Position numbers and translations under genes: made by a program
Source of the DNA: Trichinella spiralis
Taxonomy: Eukaryota
Assembly (NCBI RefSeq): GCF_000181795.1
Contig: NW_003526944.1
Location: 801,383-860,750 of the forward strand
DNA: 59,368 nt
Direction: 5' to 3'
Notes under the pieces: generated by a model
Told to the model about the DNA's origin: nothing
The model's input: the letters and a program-made list of their open reading frames with translations, nothing else
Databases searched by the model: none
In this document: positions 14,701-29,298 of the stretch, one piece after another
Position numbering within the stretch: the first letter of the stretch is position 1
How the letters are laid out: each line of letters starts with the position of its first letter

Positions 14701-15875
14701 TTGGACTGTATCCAAAACTACCTTTTCGTAGAACAGTAATAATAATAATTAATTGTTAATCTTTGCAACTCTGTGTTTTTTCAGTTGTGAGAATTATTTT
14801 TATTTAGCGTGAAGCCGAAAACACGCGAAGAAAGCATGCAGGAAGAACTTTTAGCCTGCGACGTAATTGACAACAAAGTGGTAGCATTTTTTAATTTGTT
14901 GATTCATGGGTATAATTGTTCAGATAATCGAAGCGATCAAGACTGACGTATTACCGATGACGGAATATCTACCGGAACAGTTTGTGAAGCAGCTCATGAA
15001 CGTTCTCTGTCAAGGTTGTGTTCGGCGTACTGAATCTTGTGATTCTTTATGTAAGCTTTTTTTTCTTTTTTATGTGTTATCTTCTTTTCTTATCATGTTA
15101 ATAATCAGTAAACGTTTTGTTTAATCTCATTACTTTAAGGCTGCACAGTTTTTTAACAGAATTTTTTATTGTAATCATTGTAATGCAATGGGGCAAGTTA
15201 AAATGGGATTCTGAAAAAAAAATATTTATATATAATTTGAAATATTTATTTGATGATTGATAGGCGATGGAGTGCACAGTCACAGAGGACTAGAGCTACA
15301 GGCAATCTGCTTTGACGCTTTGCTGAGCACATTGTGTCATCCGTTGGCCGAACATGGTCATCAACATCAACAACAACAGTCATCATTGACTAGAGGTAAT
15401 GGCCCTTCGTCAGCATTGCAGCAGCAAAGCGGTAGTCATCACAAGTTGGCTTCGGTGAATTGTGCACTGAATGCGTTGTTCAGTCGTTGCAAACAAGTAC
15501 TGACGGAATATCCTGAACGGGAACGTATGATGCGACATGCCGGTGTGCCACGCGAGCAAGTGATCGAGATGGTCCAAGTGCTGAGCACCATAACTAACAT
15601 GATTGGTTGTTTTCAGTAGGAATTTTTTTCATTGATCATATTCAATAAACAAGTTCAATAAGTTGAAAAATCTCTCTTCTAGACGTCAGCCGGACAATTG
15701 GGAATATTTGAAAGATGTCATTGAACAAGTTGGTCAGCTTTATTCACATTTGGTCGACTGTATTGTGTGCAAAGAAGAGGATGTACAAAAGGCGCTGATG
15801 CAAGCTTTGAAAGCGTATCGTTTTTTTGTTGAATCGAAGCCTTTCTTGGAAAATGGAACCAGGGAACAAGTGTGA
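8756..15875 (+). CDS. mon-2: Protein MON2 homolog (multi-exon endosome-to-Golgi scaffold)
   Basis: N-terminus KLMADLYADLFSLSSESKKKNPNINEA; internal VEELKILQTVTLL, KDPNVVNTASATVRQLVSHVFDR, FQDLCRLVN..EMTRTLGLDLIE, EKPYFPITVRLLRLV, DPRPPVRKSACQALF and HHSRDTESKQWAET, all MON2-family motifs. TTTCAG acceptor at 8735-8740 lies before the ATG. Confidence 0.93.
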
Positions 15876-16207
15876 AGTGAAGAACCACCAATGAGAAAAA
15901 CGAAAACTGATTAACAACAAACAAACAACTTTCATTTTACAATGGCGGTGATTTGAAATACAACCTTTTCCTATTATTCATTATCTGCATCTACAAATGG
16001 AGAGATGGATAAATAGAATGAGAATACAAGCAACAAATAGGAGGAGATATGTGTGTGTGTGTTCGTCATCTTCTTCTTTTTGCTGCTTGTATCTTGTTTT
16101 TCATTTTGTGTATTGCTTTGTTGTTTTGTTGTTGCTCTTTGTTTAAAATTGATCGGTTTTGTTGTATTATTTTTCTTTTATTACTTTTCTAATCAGGAGA
16201 GAAGAAG

Positions 16208-19200
16208 CTAAACACGGGCGGTGGTCGAACTGTGAGTCTGGTCATCACTGCCACCGTCATTAGCCGATCGAACGTTTATAATTAGTGAATTTCCTCGACG
16301 TGGCGGAAATTGTCGTTCAGGAGACCCACGTTGACTGCTTGAAGGACTGATGCCGAAAGCCATTTCTGTTTGCCAGCGAGCATTGTGACGACGCAGACGT
16401 GGACCTGGCGTCTGGCTGTGACAAGAAGATTTCGCGCATGCTCTGGCACTGCTGACATCCTCCGTGGATACTGTAAGTCGTTCTGCATTCGGCGATGCGC
16501 TAGCATTGGAACTGGTCGAAGGCGGCTGAACTTGGAACACAAATTCCGGCATCACTTTCGCAATTAGCTGTTCAATCAACGCTAGCCGTCCGTTGTACTG
16601 GTCCAATCGTTCTTGCAACTTTCGAATGTGTTCGTTGGTTGCCGATATTCTGAAAAATTGAAAGCAATTGTGTATTATTATTTTTTTTGTTCATTTCATC
16701 AATTTTTTAAAATTATTATTATTACTTGTCCGTGAGATCGTGCAAAGCTGCCTTCGGTGTGGAACTCATCTCTTGCCGTCTACGTTCGAATAACTCTTCC
16801 ATGCACTGGTTTTCAAAGTCGTGCACTTTTGCCACGTCGGACTCGTTGAGGAACAATTCTGAAATACGTACAGCTTTTAATTGTTTATTCCTCTATTCAG
16901 CATTGTTTCACTTTGTAACAGATGTTCAACAATGGTGGTGCATTGTTTTTCTCTCCTTCTTTCTCTTCTCCTTTTAATTATTACAAAATAAATATGAAAA
17001 AAAATATATAGATAGATATAAGTAAGCACTTGTCAAACAAGCTACATACGACAATGTATTTGTCATTTTGAAATACTTTATCACCCTGTGGATAGATAAT
17101 ATGCTTTGTTGAATGAAAAGCTAACCACTTTTGTTTTGAAATTTTAGAAGAAGTTCATGCCACTGAAGTGGAGATTTTTAAATTATCTTCTTTATGTGAG
17201 GTAATGTATTGTTTTCTATATTAATTTTGAATAATTAGGGTTATTTTTCGAAATGATTAATGTTCTAAAAATTTAGTGAAAATTATCATCACTTGACTGC
17301 TGTTTTCAATAAGTTGTCCAAGCAGCTGTGATCAATAATGGAATGAACAAAAGCGGACATTGTACATAAAGTAATTTTTCACCTATGTCATGGGCTATAA
17401 AACTGAACATCGAAAACCTACGTCTTGATTCCCCGTAAGAAGAAGATGTGGTCACATTTGGAAAGAGAAAGTCACTTACTGAGGGACATGTCGGTACGGT
17501 GAGCTTTGCTGCGTCGTCTGCACAAAAACTGAGCCAGCAAATAGAGGTGGACAATTATAACAAACGGTGGAGGCAAAAATGGTTGCTTTTCATAGTCCAT
17601 CACTTGTTCAAATTTCTGAAATCTCCATATCAAATGTGAATGGGCGCTAATTGTGACGAAGACGAAGCTGAAACAAAGAATGCAAGTTGTGCATCATAAG
17701 ATCACGTTTTTGTTGGCGGTGATTTTAATGATCACTTGAAATCGCTTACTTGAAGGCTGCAATCATCATGTTGAGGAAGACGATGATGGACAGCAGCAGA
17801 TAAACGGTCATGAAAAGTGGTGAAAGCCAATAGAAGAAGACACAGTTTTCATTCTCATCTCCGCATGTGTCGATCTCGTCCGCGTATACTTCACCGTAAA
17901 GCATGAAATACGGTTTGTAAACTATATCACGTATCAATTTCCAATCCCATTCTTCGTTTGGAAAAGTGAGCGACTGTCGAAATACGCCAAATGAAATGAG
18001 CAGTACAAACAATATAGTGCACAGTAGCACCATTTTTGACACCTTTAAAATGAAGAAATTTGCCAGTGCTATTAGCTAACATAAAATATCATAATTCCAA
18101 CATCTTACCATCTTCCCGTATATGGTTATGTAAGGTCCAAGTTTGGAACTGACCGTCAACACGGTCAACATGCGAAGGTAGTAAAAAACGATTATGCATT
18201 TTAGGATCACTCTGCCAAGGTCCAACGTATTTGAATGAACACGAAGACCAAAGCCAATGAAGAAAATCAAACTGGCAAATAGACTAGCTCGATCCCACTG
18301 CCTACGAGAATAGACTGTCCATTTTGAACGTAAATCTTTGGCATCAACCATCAGCAGCTGAGCAAGTAAGTGAAAAAGAAAAAAAAATAAGTATATTTTT
18401 CATTGATTCGTTTTCTTAGCACATATGTGCAGTTAGTAAGTAATTAGTAGTAGTAGTAGTACCTTACGAATGAGTTCGGTAAAAAATCCAACAACGAACA
18501 TCAAGATGTAATATTCTGCCCACGAAGGCTCTTTAGTTGGTTTCACCAGCACAATGCATGTGAACAGGGCAAGAAAGAAAAGATAACCAAGCTTAAATTC
18601 AAACAACATGCAGTGTAAAATTCAACTTTTTCCAAATTTACAATCAATCAACCTTACCGTCCACGACCAAAATGCAGTAATTGGTGCTGCATAAAATTCA
18701 CGAATTTTCTTACTCACGGATAAATTCTGTCGACTGAAATATGTCCGGTTAAGTTTTGATTTATTTAAATAAATTAAATAAATGAAATATTCATTCAATT
18801 AATATAATTTAATATAGTATATACCCTCACTCATGGATCATGTCATTGAAAAGATAGAATTATTCTCTAAAAATTTGACATCACGAGTTGTTCAATTTAT
18901 TACCTTAAAGTTTCTCAAATTTAAAATCGCCAACAACGGCGAACACAGATAATAAACAAAAGATCTAGTGGATTAGATTAGATTAGATTAGTTAAATAAT
19001 CTGTTCCATAACTTACTTCAGATTGGCTAATTTTAGACTGTAAAGAGCAGTGCCACGTGGAGACAGATTCGGCATGGATGATGCGGCATCGTTTAGAAAT
19101 TCCAATGGATCATTAGTCGGTGAAATTTTTGCAAAATAGCCATTCTGAAGCGTTGTACTTCGGTGCTTTTTTTGTAGCTGTTCTGCCTGTTTGATTATAG

Positions 19201-22200
19201 AAGAAACGTGTAGCGATGAAGAGTTATAAATAATTTTCCAATTACCGACTGCATGTCAGGATAATGCAGCGACGGAATGTAATGGGACACTTTGCGCTTT
19301 CGCTTCATCGGTGAGCGTGGTGCATTTTCAGTTTGCTGTTCGAAATTGTTTTCTGTCTCTTCACCCAGGACAACTGCACAACAAGCATCATCTTCGCTGT
19401 CAGAGTCGGAAGATTCAGAATCGGATGTCATCTCACCAACGTCACAATGTTCTGAAGAGAAAAACAATGAAAAAAAGCAAGCTTTCTTTATACAGGCAGG
19501 TATCATTATTGTTATATATATTGTTTTGGGCGGGGGGGGCAACATTTCTGCGCGAACTTTTTTTTACCTTGGTATTCAGCTGCTGTTTGGGCTTGAAGGA
19601 GAAGTTCTTCTTTCGTTTTGAAAGGAATTGTAAAAATCAGAGGCGGTACAAGTACGCCAAGCAAAACTTTTATGTTGACATTTTTCCGGATCCGCATCCC
19701 GCCCAACCACAAATCGGCTAGCAATAGCTGACAGGAAGGATGCGCGATGAATTCTTTGTTGTTCGCCAGAGCTGCCAACGAGATGCAGTTCTTTTTACCC
19801 CAATTTTTCAGCTCGTACGTCAAAAGTTGCATAGTGTTGAAATCGTCATTTCTGTAGCACTGATCGAGCAGTTCACAGGACAGCTTGCGAAATTCCCTGA
19901 AACAAATTCGCGAAATTTACTCAAAGCCAAAAGCAAACAAAGTCGTCGAAATTACTCTGCGTTGCTTCTCAAGCTGTCACAAATTTCCATCTCCAATGCG
20001 TCATCTTTTGCCTCCTTTGCCATGGCTTTGAATAATTTATGACCAATCAATGCCTAAATTAAGCTCCACATCAGCTTACGCCAACAATTGACAAACAAAC
20101 TATATTTTTTTAGTTTTCTGATTCATTTTTTGCTAATTTTATAATATCAAATTAAAAAATTAACTGATAAGTGGAATGGAATGCATATTTATTTCAATGT
20201 GATAAAAAGGAAACCTTTGCAAGAAGTTCATCTCCATTTTGCCACATTGATAATGCCATTTCCAGTCGATTCGTTAATACTGCCCAAATGAAGAGATCAT
20301 GGAAAGGGTTTTGAAAAAAATAAGAACCAACTTTAACAGGACCTGTAAAAAAATTGTAATGGTTTTCAAACCGTTATTCTGTGATCACATTTTACTACTC
20401 ACTGTTTTCTTTTTGGTCATTTCCATTAGGTTTCGGTGCATCCTTACCCGGATGCTGTGGCAAATGTGTCCAATCACCCTGTTTGATAATAGAAAGTTAC
20501 ATTCGAAATGGCGTTTCAAATTATTATTAACTTACTCGAACATATTGTTTGTATTTCAAACGAAATTCTCTTCGGCGGTAATTAGCCCGAAAGCCTCCCC
20601 CTACTAGCGTTTCTATGAGCAAACCAATATCAGGCAAGCGAAAGTATTTGCAACGGTCGCCTTCCTTTGCCACATCTTGCATCAATGCAGCAAGTGTATT
20701 GGGAGGACCTTTGTCCTGAAACGATTTATCATTAATAGAAGATCATTTCTACTTTCTGTAAAATAATATATAATCACTGTATTGTAGAGTTCTTCGAGAC
20801 GGTCTGGCGTCAAAAAAGCATCGACAGCAACTCCATGCTGTAGCAACAATTTCACGAAATCCGTATGATCGTACATCAGTGCTTGCATCATTACCGAATG
20901 CAAAGCACTTTCTTCCCAATCGCCTCCACGTTCCAATATTTCACGAAGCATATCTTCACGATTCCAGGTAAGCAGCAAACTTAGTCTGTCGATAGATGTT
21001 GAATTTCTGCCTGTCAGCAACGCGTTCAAAATTTTACAATCCAATTGTTGATCATCATTCTGCACTGACATTCCATCGAATACAGTTAACTATAATCAAG
21101 CGGAAATATAATAGATTCCTTTCGCCTAAGAAATTAGAACAACATTTTCAAATAAGCTCATGGAAACTTGACTACGGTTAATGAGGAGGCTGTTGTGAAA
21201 AATTATCTTCCCATTAAGAATGCAGTGAACAACTTTTATTATTTGAAATATGATGTAATGAAATGTAAAAAATTATTATTAGCGTGTTTACATGTTTGTT
21301 ATCTGCAAGTCATTGGGAGTGCACATTAACTGAATTTTTGAACGTTCTATCTCAAATGCAGTTTTAATTATGAATAATTAATTATCAAACACAAAACAGT
21401 GGCACAATTATTATTATTATAACAGTAGAATATGTGAGATTTGTAATTACCAAATTACGGTGTTCTAGGCAGGCGACCAAACATGATGCCCACCATGTGA
21501 TTTCTCCTTTCTCCAAGTCTAATTTCTCTTTTATTTTGTCGCATAGCAGTTTTTTCAAATTTTCATCTTTCAGTCTGAAAAAATACATATAATGAAATTA
21601 GAAGGAAAAGAATAAGGAAAACGATTTTCTATGAAATGTTTTGAAGTGGTGATTATTTGAAATAGAAAATGAATGGAAGTAAGAAATTTTGTTCAAACTA
21701 TTCTGCTTGATTTTCCACTAACAAAGAAATCTGCTGATTGAATTAATAATGAATGAATGACACGAGAACGTGTATTGCAATCTGTTCCCTTTAGGAAACG
21801 AGCACTGAATGCTTTGCCTCTGCGCATTTTGCAGAAATGTTGGAGCATCTTGTTGGCAATCACATTTGCTTTACGTATACCTCACATAGATATATAGATA
21901 ACTGATTCAAAATTAAATTCAACATTTGTCTATCAGCGAACATGACACTCAATAATAGTTATAACGTGTTTTGTTCGATAGAATTTCGAAATTCCTCTTA
22001 CTCGTATTCATAAAGGAATTTTTTTCATTCACTTACGCCCCAAATAGTTCATATGTATAGATTTCTGCAAAATGATAGTCGCTTCAAAAATTTTCAATAC
22101 ATTTATATATAATAACTGTGAGTGGACGGGCATTTTACTTGCTACCAGAGTTGTGTATCTCTTTTCTCTGTTTCAGCAAAGTTTTAATTTGACTTTTGAA

Positions 22201-25200
22201 CATCTCTAATTCAATATTTCAAAATAAATGTCTGCTGCAGCTGTTAAAATGAAAAGCAAAATGCGTGACCATTTTCTAAGCGTCAGTGCATTTCCTTTCA
22301 ACCAACAATGTGTCCAACTTGGCGCGGTAATCGATAGTTTTATAAAACCATTCGAAACATTTAAATGGAAAAAATGGATTAAGTATTTCGTTTAAAATAT
22401 GAAAGTGAAGAAAATTATATATGCATAAATGAAATTATTGTGAAATTATGTTTCGAAACACGTTCATCAGTTTTCATTTCTGAAAACTGATAAAAAAAGG
22501 AAGATATTGATCAGACGAACCGTTGTTATTATATAAGACGATTATTATCACTCTGTGATTATGATTATGATGTTGATTGGAATATAAATTTCATTTACAA
22601 ATTAATCAGGAAACATGAAACAGTTAAATTAACGTTAAACGAAAGTGTTTTTTTTTGTGATAAAAATTAAACTGCTTTCTTCCGTTATTAGCACTTAAAT
22701 ATTGGATTGAAAAACATTATTATTGTCAAATAGGATCAAGAAACAATATATACCTAGATTCTGTAGCCATTTCAACCGCATAAGCGAGTATATCAGCTCC
22801 ACGACCGCTGTTTTTGCAAACGACCACAGGTACGGGTGGTGAGGAGCAAACAAAATTAACCGCTGAATGTAGTGCCAGTCTTCCACCTCCCAATACTAGG
22901 CAAACGATGGGTATTAGGCGTTGACTCGTATCCATAGATTTTTGCTTCAGAAACGTTTCGAAATGCCGTCGAACGGTCATTTCAGCTCCCGACCGTCCAA
23001 CGGTTCCGTTGTCGACCATCAGAAAACACGTGTGCCCTTCACACAGAGAAACGAATCTTGATCGTTGGGATTCAAATGGATAATAGTTGACGCATTTATT
23101 TTGACCTATTAGCTGCTCAGATTGTCTCACCATACCCCATGGTGCTATACCGATCAGTGCAAATTGTTGTTTCTTCTTGGTTGATGTGCATTCAGTAAGA
23201 GCAGCGGCAACGTGTTTCACCACACCTACAAGGCATTTTTAGCATAAAAACTTTAAAAACCTGGTTTTTCTTCTATAATATACCAACACGAAGTCCACTG
23301 GTAATTATCCAAGCAGATGTATTTTTGGCCACTTTGAGTAGACCATTTTTAAATTCTTGCCACAGGGCAGGATTAAGTTCGAAATCATTGCCTCCACCGT
23401 ATATTGTGATTACCAATTTCGGCGGTTCCAAACCCCAGACATGAACCAGCAGTTGCCACATATCTTGTGGATCCACTGTGAAGTCCATTCTGATGTACTG
23501 CAGATGAAAAGAAAATTTGTATTAATAAGCAATTTGAGTTTGCTTGTCCACTTACAAGACTTTTCCATGGTCGCGAGACTCCTTGAAATCTTAATGTACC
23601 ATAAGCATCAGTGGAAAATGTCGACGTGCACTCAGCCACTGACCATCTGTTTCCTTCCTTCTGCGCAGCTGAATCTTTTTCTTCTTCAAAGTAGTAATGA
23701 CTGGCAAAATATCGGCCGCATCCGCATCTAAATACAATAATAACCGCTATTAAAATGATAATATTGTTTATGAAATGTGGTGTACTGTAGTGTTTATCTC
23801 TAAAGATATGAAAAATTAGTACAGTGAGATAGAGATTATGGTGGATCAAAAAAGTTTTGTCATCTGTGCTCTTACGTACAGCAGCATTGTTCAAACAATG
23901 GATGGAAGTTTCTAGGCAAGCAATAAATCCAAACTGCGAAAATAGCAGTTGCTCGTTTCTATACTTCAAGCGTGTGATTGAAGTGAATTGGTCTGATCGA
24001 TTTGCTGATTTAAGAATGTTACCTAGTTTCTTAAGCGAAAAAAATGCAGAAATTCCAGAAAAATGTAAACTTTATTATTCTTCGCTTATTGGAAGGAAAA
24101 AGTTTGCGGCAACGCCTAACTCATCATCACCGGCAACATAGCACGTCATTGTAACATTATCCTCATTTTTATATTACTTCAAGAAAGTCATTTTCTTGGA
24201 AAAATTTACTGCTTATTCATCATTTGTTATTTATATTTTTGAATTGAATTGAATCAGTCGTCAATTTTCCCATTCACACAACATGTTACTGTAACTGTTC
24301 ATATGAAAATTCCACATGCAAAAATTCGGCATATTGAAAAAGAAACCAGCTTGTTCATTATCTGTATTTACATTAGCAATGTTTACACAGTGCTTAGGAT
24401 CATTTTCACTTTATAGAATGCTATCAGAATGGAATTTTTGTAATTATTAATCAATTAATATAATCTACCAACTTTACAACATATAAAATAAATGGAAATT
24501 TCGCGACTTAAGCTGTGCAACTGCCGTTTTCCTATTCATATCAGCTGCCGATGATAACTTTCAACATCATCATCACCATCACAATCAGGGTCACTTTGTA
24601 ACGTTTCAATTATTTTCATCATAACATTTTATACTAGCAGCGTGTGATTATGACCTGAAAAGTTATATGAATGGGACAATTGCCGTATAGAGCGTCGAGT
24701 AAACTATTGTGAAAATGGTAATGAGCAGATTTTAGCGCTTCACCAGTTGCAGTGCATAAAACGGACATGATTGACTTTGAATACAATGCTTCCCATGTTG
24801 TCCAATCGGTCCATCTATCAACGCTTGAATGCTTACATGAATTTTGACGCGTCTGTTCATCGCGTTTCAGTTGAAGCCGCTATTAGTCATAAAATCATTG
24901 TCAATAAAAGCTCGCCGCCCAAGTTTGAAATTTATTTAAAACTTAACTTTTTTGAGAATAAGAGCCTTTCAACTTTTGGATATACATAAACCCATATTTC
25001 CTTATATCTAGGGAAGTTTTAGTAACCACGCGTCAGCTGTGCTTTGGCAACAAACAAAGCAGCTCCTGAGAATAATAATAATCCCCCAAAAGAATGATTG
25101 ATTAAATGTGAACTTGATCAATAATTACCAATGATAACGGGTAATTTCACTTTCACAAGTAAAAATACTATACACACTGGAATATTCGAAAAGTAAATTT

Positions 25201-25456
25201 CAAAATGAAGAAAAAGTAACTAACTACCATAATGAAATATACACAACAGTTATTCATCACGTCGAAGAATATAAAAATAAATCTGGCTTACTTTTCAGAA
25301 TCAGTAGAAACTGGTAATATTTTAAAGCATTCTCGTTTCAAAAACCGTTCTCGAATCCACTCATTTACCTGAAGATAGAGTTTAAAATTGCAACTGTATA
25401 TCTGATCAAGGTGATCCGCTTACTTGATTAGCAGCTTTCTGCCGGCGTGAAATCAT
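16208..25456 (-). CDS. TRPM cation channel (TRPM1/3/6/7-like, gon-2/gtl class), no C-terminal enzyme domain
   Basis: Exons give MISRRQKAANQ|VNEWIRERFLKRECF...|CGCGR...TDAYGTLRF|...WGLEPPKLVITIYGG...AWIITSG...IGIAPWG...FLMVDNGTVGRSGAE, LLTYELKNW, FIAHPSCQLLLADLWLGGM, pore YFMLYGEVYADEIDTC, TRP box IWRFQKF..MDYEKQPFLPPPF, then a coiled coil and a low-complexity tail. The start codon at 25456 is the best candidate, not proven. Confidence 0.92.
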
Positions 25457-28400
25457 ACTTTGGCGAATTTTCAACCATAGTAATCAAATAAATTTACGTT
25501 CGTTGAAATGGCGTTATTTTCGGTGAATTTCAACAGTCGTACAGGCTTGTATCATTTTGTTTTCAAATTTTGAAACACAAATCCCAATGCTTGCAGACAA
25601 ATTGTTACAGTATGTGTAATGATTATTAAGATTGATGAGATTGTCAACAATTCCAGCAATCGTGCAGTTTGGATAAATTTTATTCCAATGTGAATTATTC
25701 TCTGAAATGAGGAAATTTATTTTTTTATTATTATTATTTTTGTTTCAATAATTTTAATTTGTTTAATTTTGAAATTATTTGTCAGTTCTAGTTTTACGTG
25801 CTTATTGTCGAACGCTTCGAGAACGCATCAGACTTTGAACATCATCAGCGTAGGGTTTGTTTGTAATGAGCTTAACAATCAAAGGCAATACGTCATTATT
25901 GAATTTAAGTTGCTTGTAACTTACGTCATTTCATTTATTTTTTGATAATATAGTACAGTTTGTTGGTAGCTTCAAGCAGCTGCGCTTGTAGTTTAAAGTG
26001 AACAAACAGTCATCCCATCTGAACAATCAATAACAGTGATTTAGCAAGTATAATGGTGAAGCTTTGATTGCAGAACCGTATTTCTGATGTTTCTTCAATT
26101 TTTGCCTAGCCTGTGGAAAAATAACAAATGAAATTCAAACACACCTGACTAATCGGTAGTGAAAAGCAAGTTTTAAGCGCACAACAGAATTGCTATCAAT
26201 GAGTGACATGTGAGGACGCGTTTATGATATAATAAATTGAAATTATCGAGAGAGAATTTGCTGCTTAAAATCATAAACTGGTTTCAAAAGTTGAAATATT
26301 TTCTACAATTTATTAATAATTTATTATTTTTTTGTCTACGAAAAGTGAGCAATTTCATTTCATTCATTTTTATTCATCAGTATGTAAATTTGAGTTGATT
26401 TCGTCTGATTTGAGCAACTTCGAAAGCAGGAAATTGAGAAATGATTATCGAATTGTTTGCTTGAAATGAGTACAACTAATTTGGTTGAACAAAAGGCCAA
26501 TTTTACAAACGCTAAATTGAATATGAAAATTTTCCGTGAGCATTTTATACATCGCTTTACATTGAAACGCTTTTTGAAATTTTTCTTTTTTTGCATTTTC
26601 ACATATTTCAATAGCAAAATGTGCAACGGACAAACCAGTGTGCGAGGAGGGAGGGGGGAGGGTCAGACAATGGCTTGTTCAAGCTAATTTGAAACAGTTT
26701 TCCTATCAAACAGCACTGCTAGTTGTTTCTTTTTTTGGATATTTTTTTCTGTGAACGGAAAAAATGTTTCAATTGAAATTCAAGGAAGGAAAAGATGTTC
26801 AGAGATGATTTGTGAAATATCCAGTGCAAAATTGCAGCTGCAGCTAAGAGCTGATTCTTTTATGCAATCTTGCTTGCAGTTATAGTTTTAAGCAGAGAGA
26901 AAAATATAAATAAAACATTAAATCGTGTTTTTGTTTGATGGAGTGTAAAAAAAGAAAAGCATTATTTAAGTAAGGTATTATTCGAACCGGGTATTTGCTT
27001 CAAATGAGAAGCTCGCTAGTGTGAAAGTGTAAAAGTTGAAGCTTTATTTTCTTATACGACTAGTTTTTTTCTTTTTTCAACCATATCACTGAAGCGTATG
27101 TGGAAAATTCAAATTCAACGTATAATTAATTGAGCATCTTGTATTTTCTTGTAATTAAGCTTCTTTTCTCTGTTCTGTGGTGATACTTTGTTCTCTCCTC
27201 TTCTTTTTCTTCTTTTTACAACAACAATTTATTACTATTTTGTTGTTGTTGTTGTTTTTTGTAAATTGCTTAATTTATTACCTATTATAAATAGAAAAAT
27301 GGAGAATTTTTCAAAAATTTCGAAATTAAAAATAGCCAGGTGCAAATGATTTCTTTTGATTATTGTTTTCAAGTGTTCAATTTAATTTGATAATTCGAAA
27401 AGTGATCGATCTTTCAATGGACACAATTTGACAGTTCAATTTAATGTATTTGCTTGTTGCTTGTGTTGTTGTTGTTGTTGACATGAGATTTTATTAGCAG
27501 ATAAGAGTCGGGGGGAGAAAATTAACTTTAAATGATCCACTTTGTTGATAGCAGTTCAAAATGTGATCCTTGTAACATTTTACGCACAATGACAGTTTTT
27601 TTCTTGATTTATTGGTCAATTAATCGACTTGTTGTCAGACTTTATCTATTTCTTTTATTATCAACATTGGAGAAAATAATAATTTTAAATCTGCCATTCA
27701 TTGCCACAAATGAAATTACGTAACTAACTGTTGATAAGTGAAATTATTTGCGCCGAAAATGGAGCTTATTTTGTTCTCTTTTATTTTATTTTCTAATATT
27801 TTTAATTACCAGGAATAAATCTGATCACTTTTCAATTTTCATAGTTTTGAACTGTTTGATTATGTAGAAATATTATACTAAATATGTATGTGTGTGTGTT
27901 TGTAGATATATAAGTGTACATGCATGCAGTGCTGCTCATTTTAATTGCATTAATGTAAATCAATGAAAAATACATACCTTCAGCTTTATCGATAAGAGAG
28001 GAAGAGAAAGATTGATATAAATAGAATTTTTGACCACTAACGTCGAAATCGTTTATAATATAAGAAAGAGTTGGCTGTGTGTGTGTGCGTGAAATGCAGA
28101 ACAAAAAATGCTGTCTTATTATTTAGTGAAATAATCTCCTAAGAGTACAGTGACTGTGTAGTCTGAAATTCATTGGTCAATTGGTGAGTAGGAGTAGGTA
28201 GCATGATTTGAACAACTGGTTCTATATTGTGTACAGTTTGTCAAAAATGCGCAAGCAAATAGGTGAATATATTGGCACCAGATTTGATTGCGGAACAGAT
28301 ACATTTCCTTTCTATCATCTCATTTAAAGAAGCTACTTAATTATTCTGGGTTCAGTTCACATGGAGGTTAAAAAAATAATTTCAAGCAAAAAAAATCTAG

Positions 28401-29298
28401 CATCTTTTTCCTTGTTTCAATTAATTAAAAGTTGTAATTTTTAAATGTTCACATTTTGTTTGTTGTCTAAGATTTGCCTTTTTTTTCAATTTAATGACGT
28501 AAATACTGTCAGATTGTTGATGTAGTATGAAAAACGGTTGATGTATTCAAGAAATTTTAATAGAATGAAATAGAATTTCAATGCGTCAAAAATTGCAATA
28601 GCTTGTAGAAGAATATTCAGAAAATTAATTTGAACGAAGAAAAAATTTCTGCAACTGTTGATTCTTACGATATTGCATTTTTCTAATCGGCATCAGCCAA
28701 GACCAAAATAGTCAATTTATTTATTTGCTATCTGTATTTGTATATTTTCATGTTCACAAGCAAATATATGATGTTTTTGAAGATTTTATTTATCAAACAA
28801 AAAATTATCACAAATAACAGTTTAATTTCAGTTTCATTGCTGTAATTTACTTCTTCTCTTCTGAGCTCTGTTTTTGGCTTGTAGCGTAACTGAATTATGA
28901 GACAACAATAACGATAAGAAGTTGATTATCAATAGCAGATGAATTGAATGATCATTTATATATTGAATATCAGTTATTGAATGTTTGTTATCTCGTCATG
29001 TTATTTACATTTCGAATTGGGAGATAACAATATTGAGTTTGCTGAAGCAGTTAGCAAACGAGTAAGTGCCTGACCTGAAAGTGATGCCTGTACACAATGA
29101 TGCGGTTGCACAACGAGTTATTTCAATGTTGCATTTTCGTGTTAGCAATATTTTTACTTGTTCAGCAGAATAATGCCAACATTTCATTGCCTAAATTTCA
29201 TTATTTTGATCACGAATGTGCTGCAATTGAGCGCAGTTAAGTAGTGTGGATTTTGTTCGAAATTATTTTAAAACGATCAAAAAAAACATAATTTGCCA

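Noticed and set aside
23857..24141. ORFs on both strands in a TRPM 5' intron, possible alternative exon
   Set aside because: Candidate donors are phase 0 or 1 while the next TRPM exon needs phase 2, and there is no recognisable protein similarity.
29005..29187. Cys-rich 60-aa ORF downstream of the MCT gene
   Set aside because: No signal peptide, splice support or recognisable motif; it lies in the probable 3' UTR.
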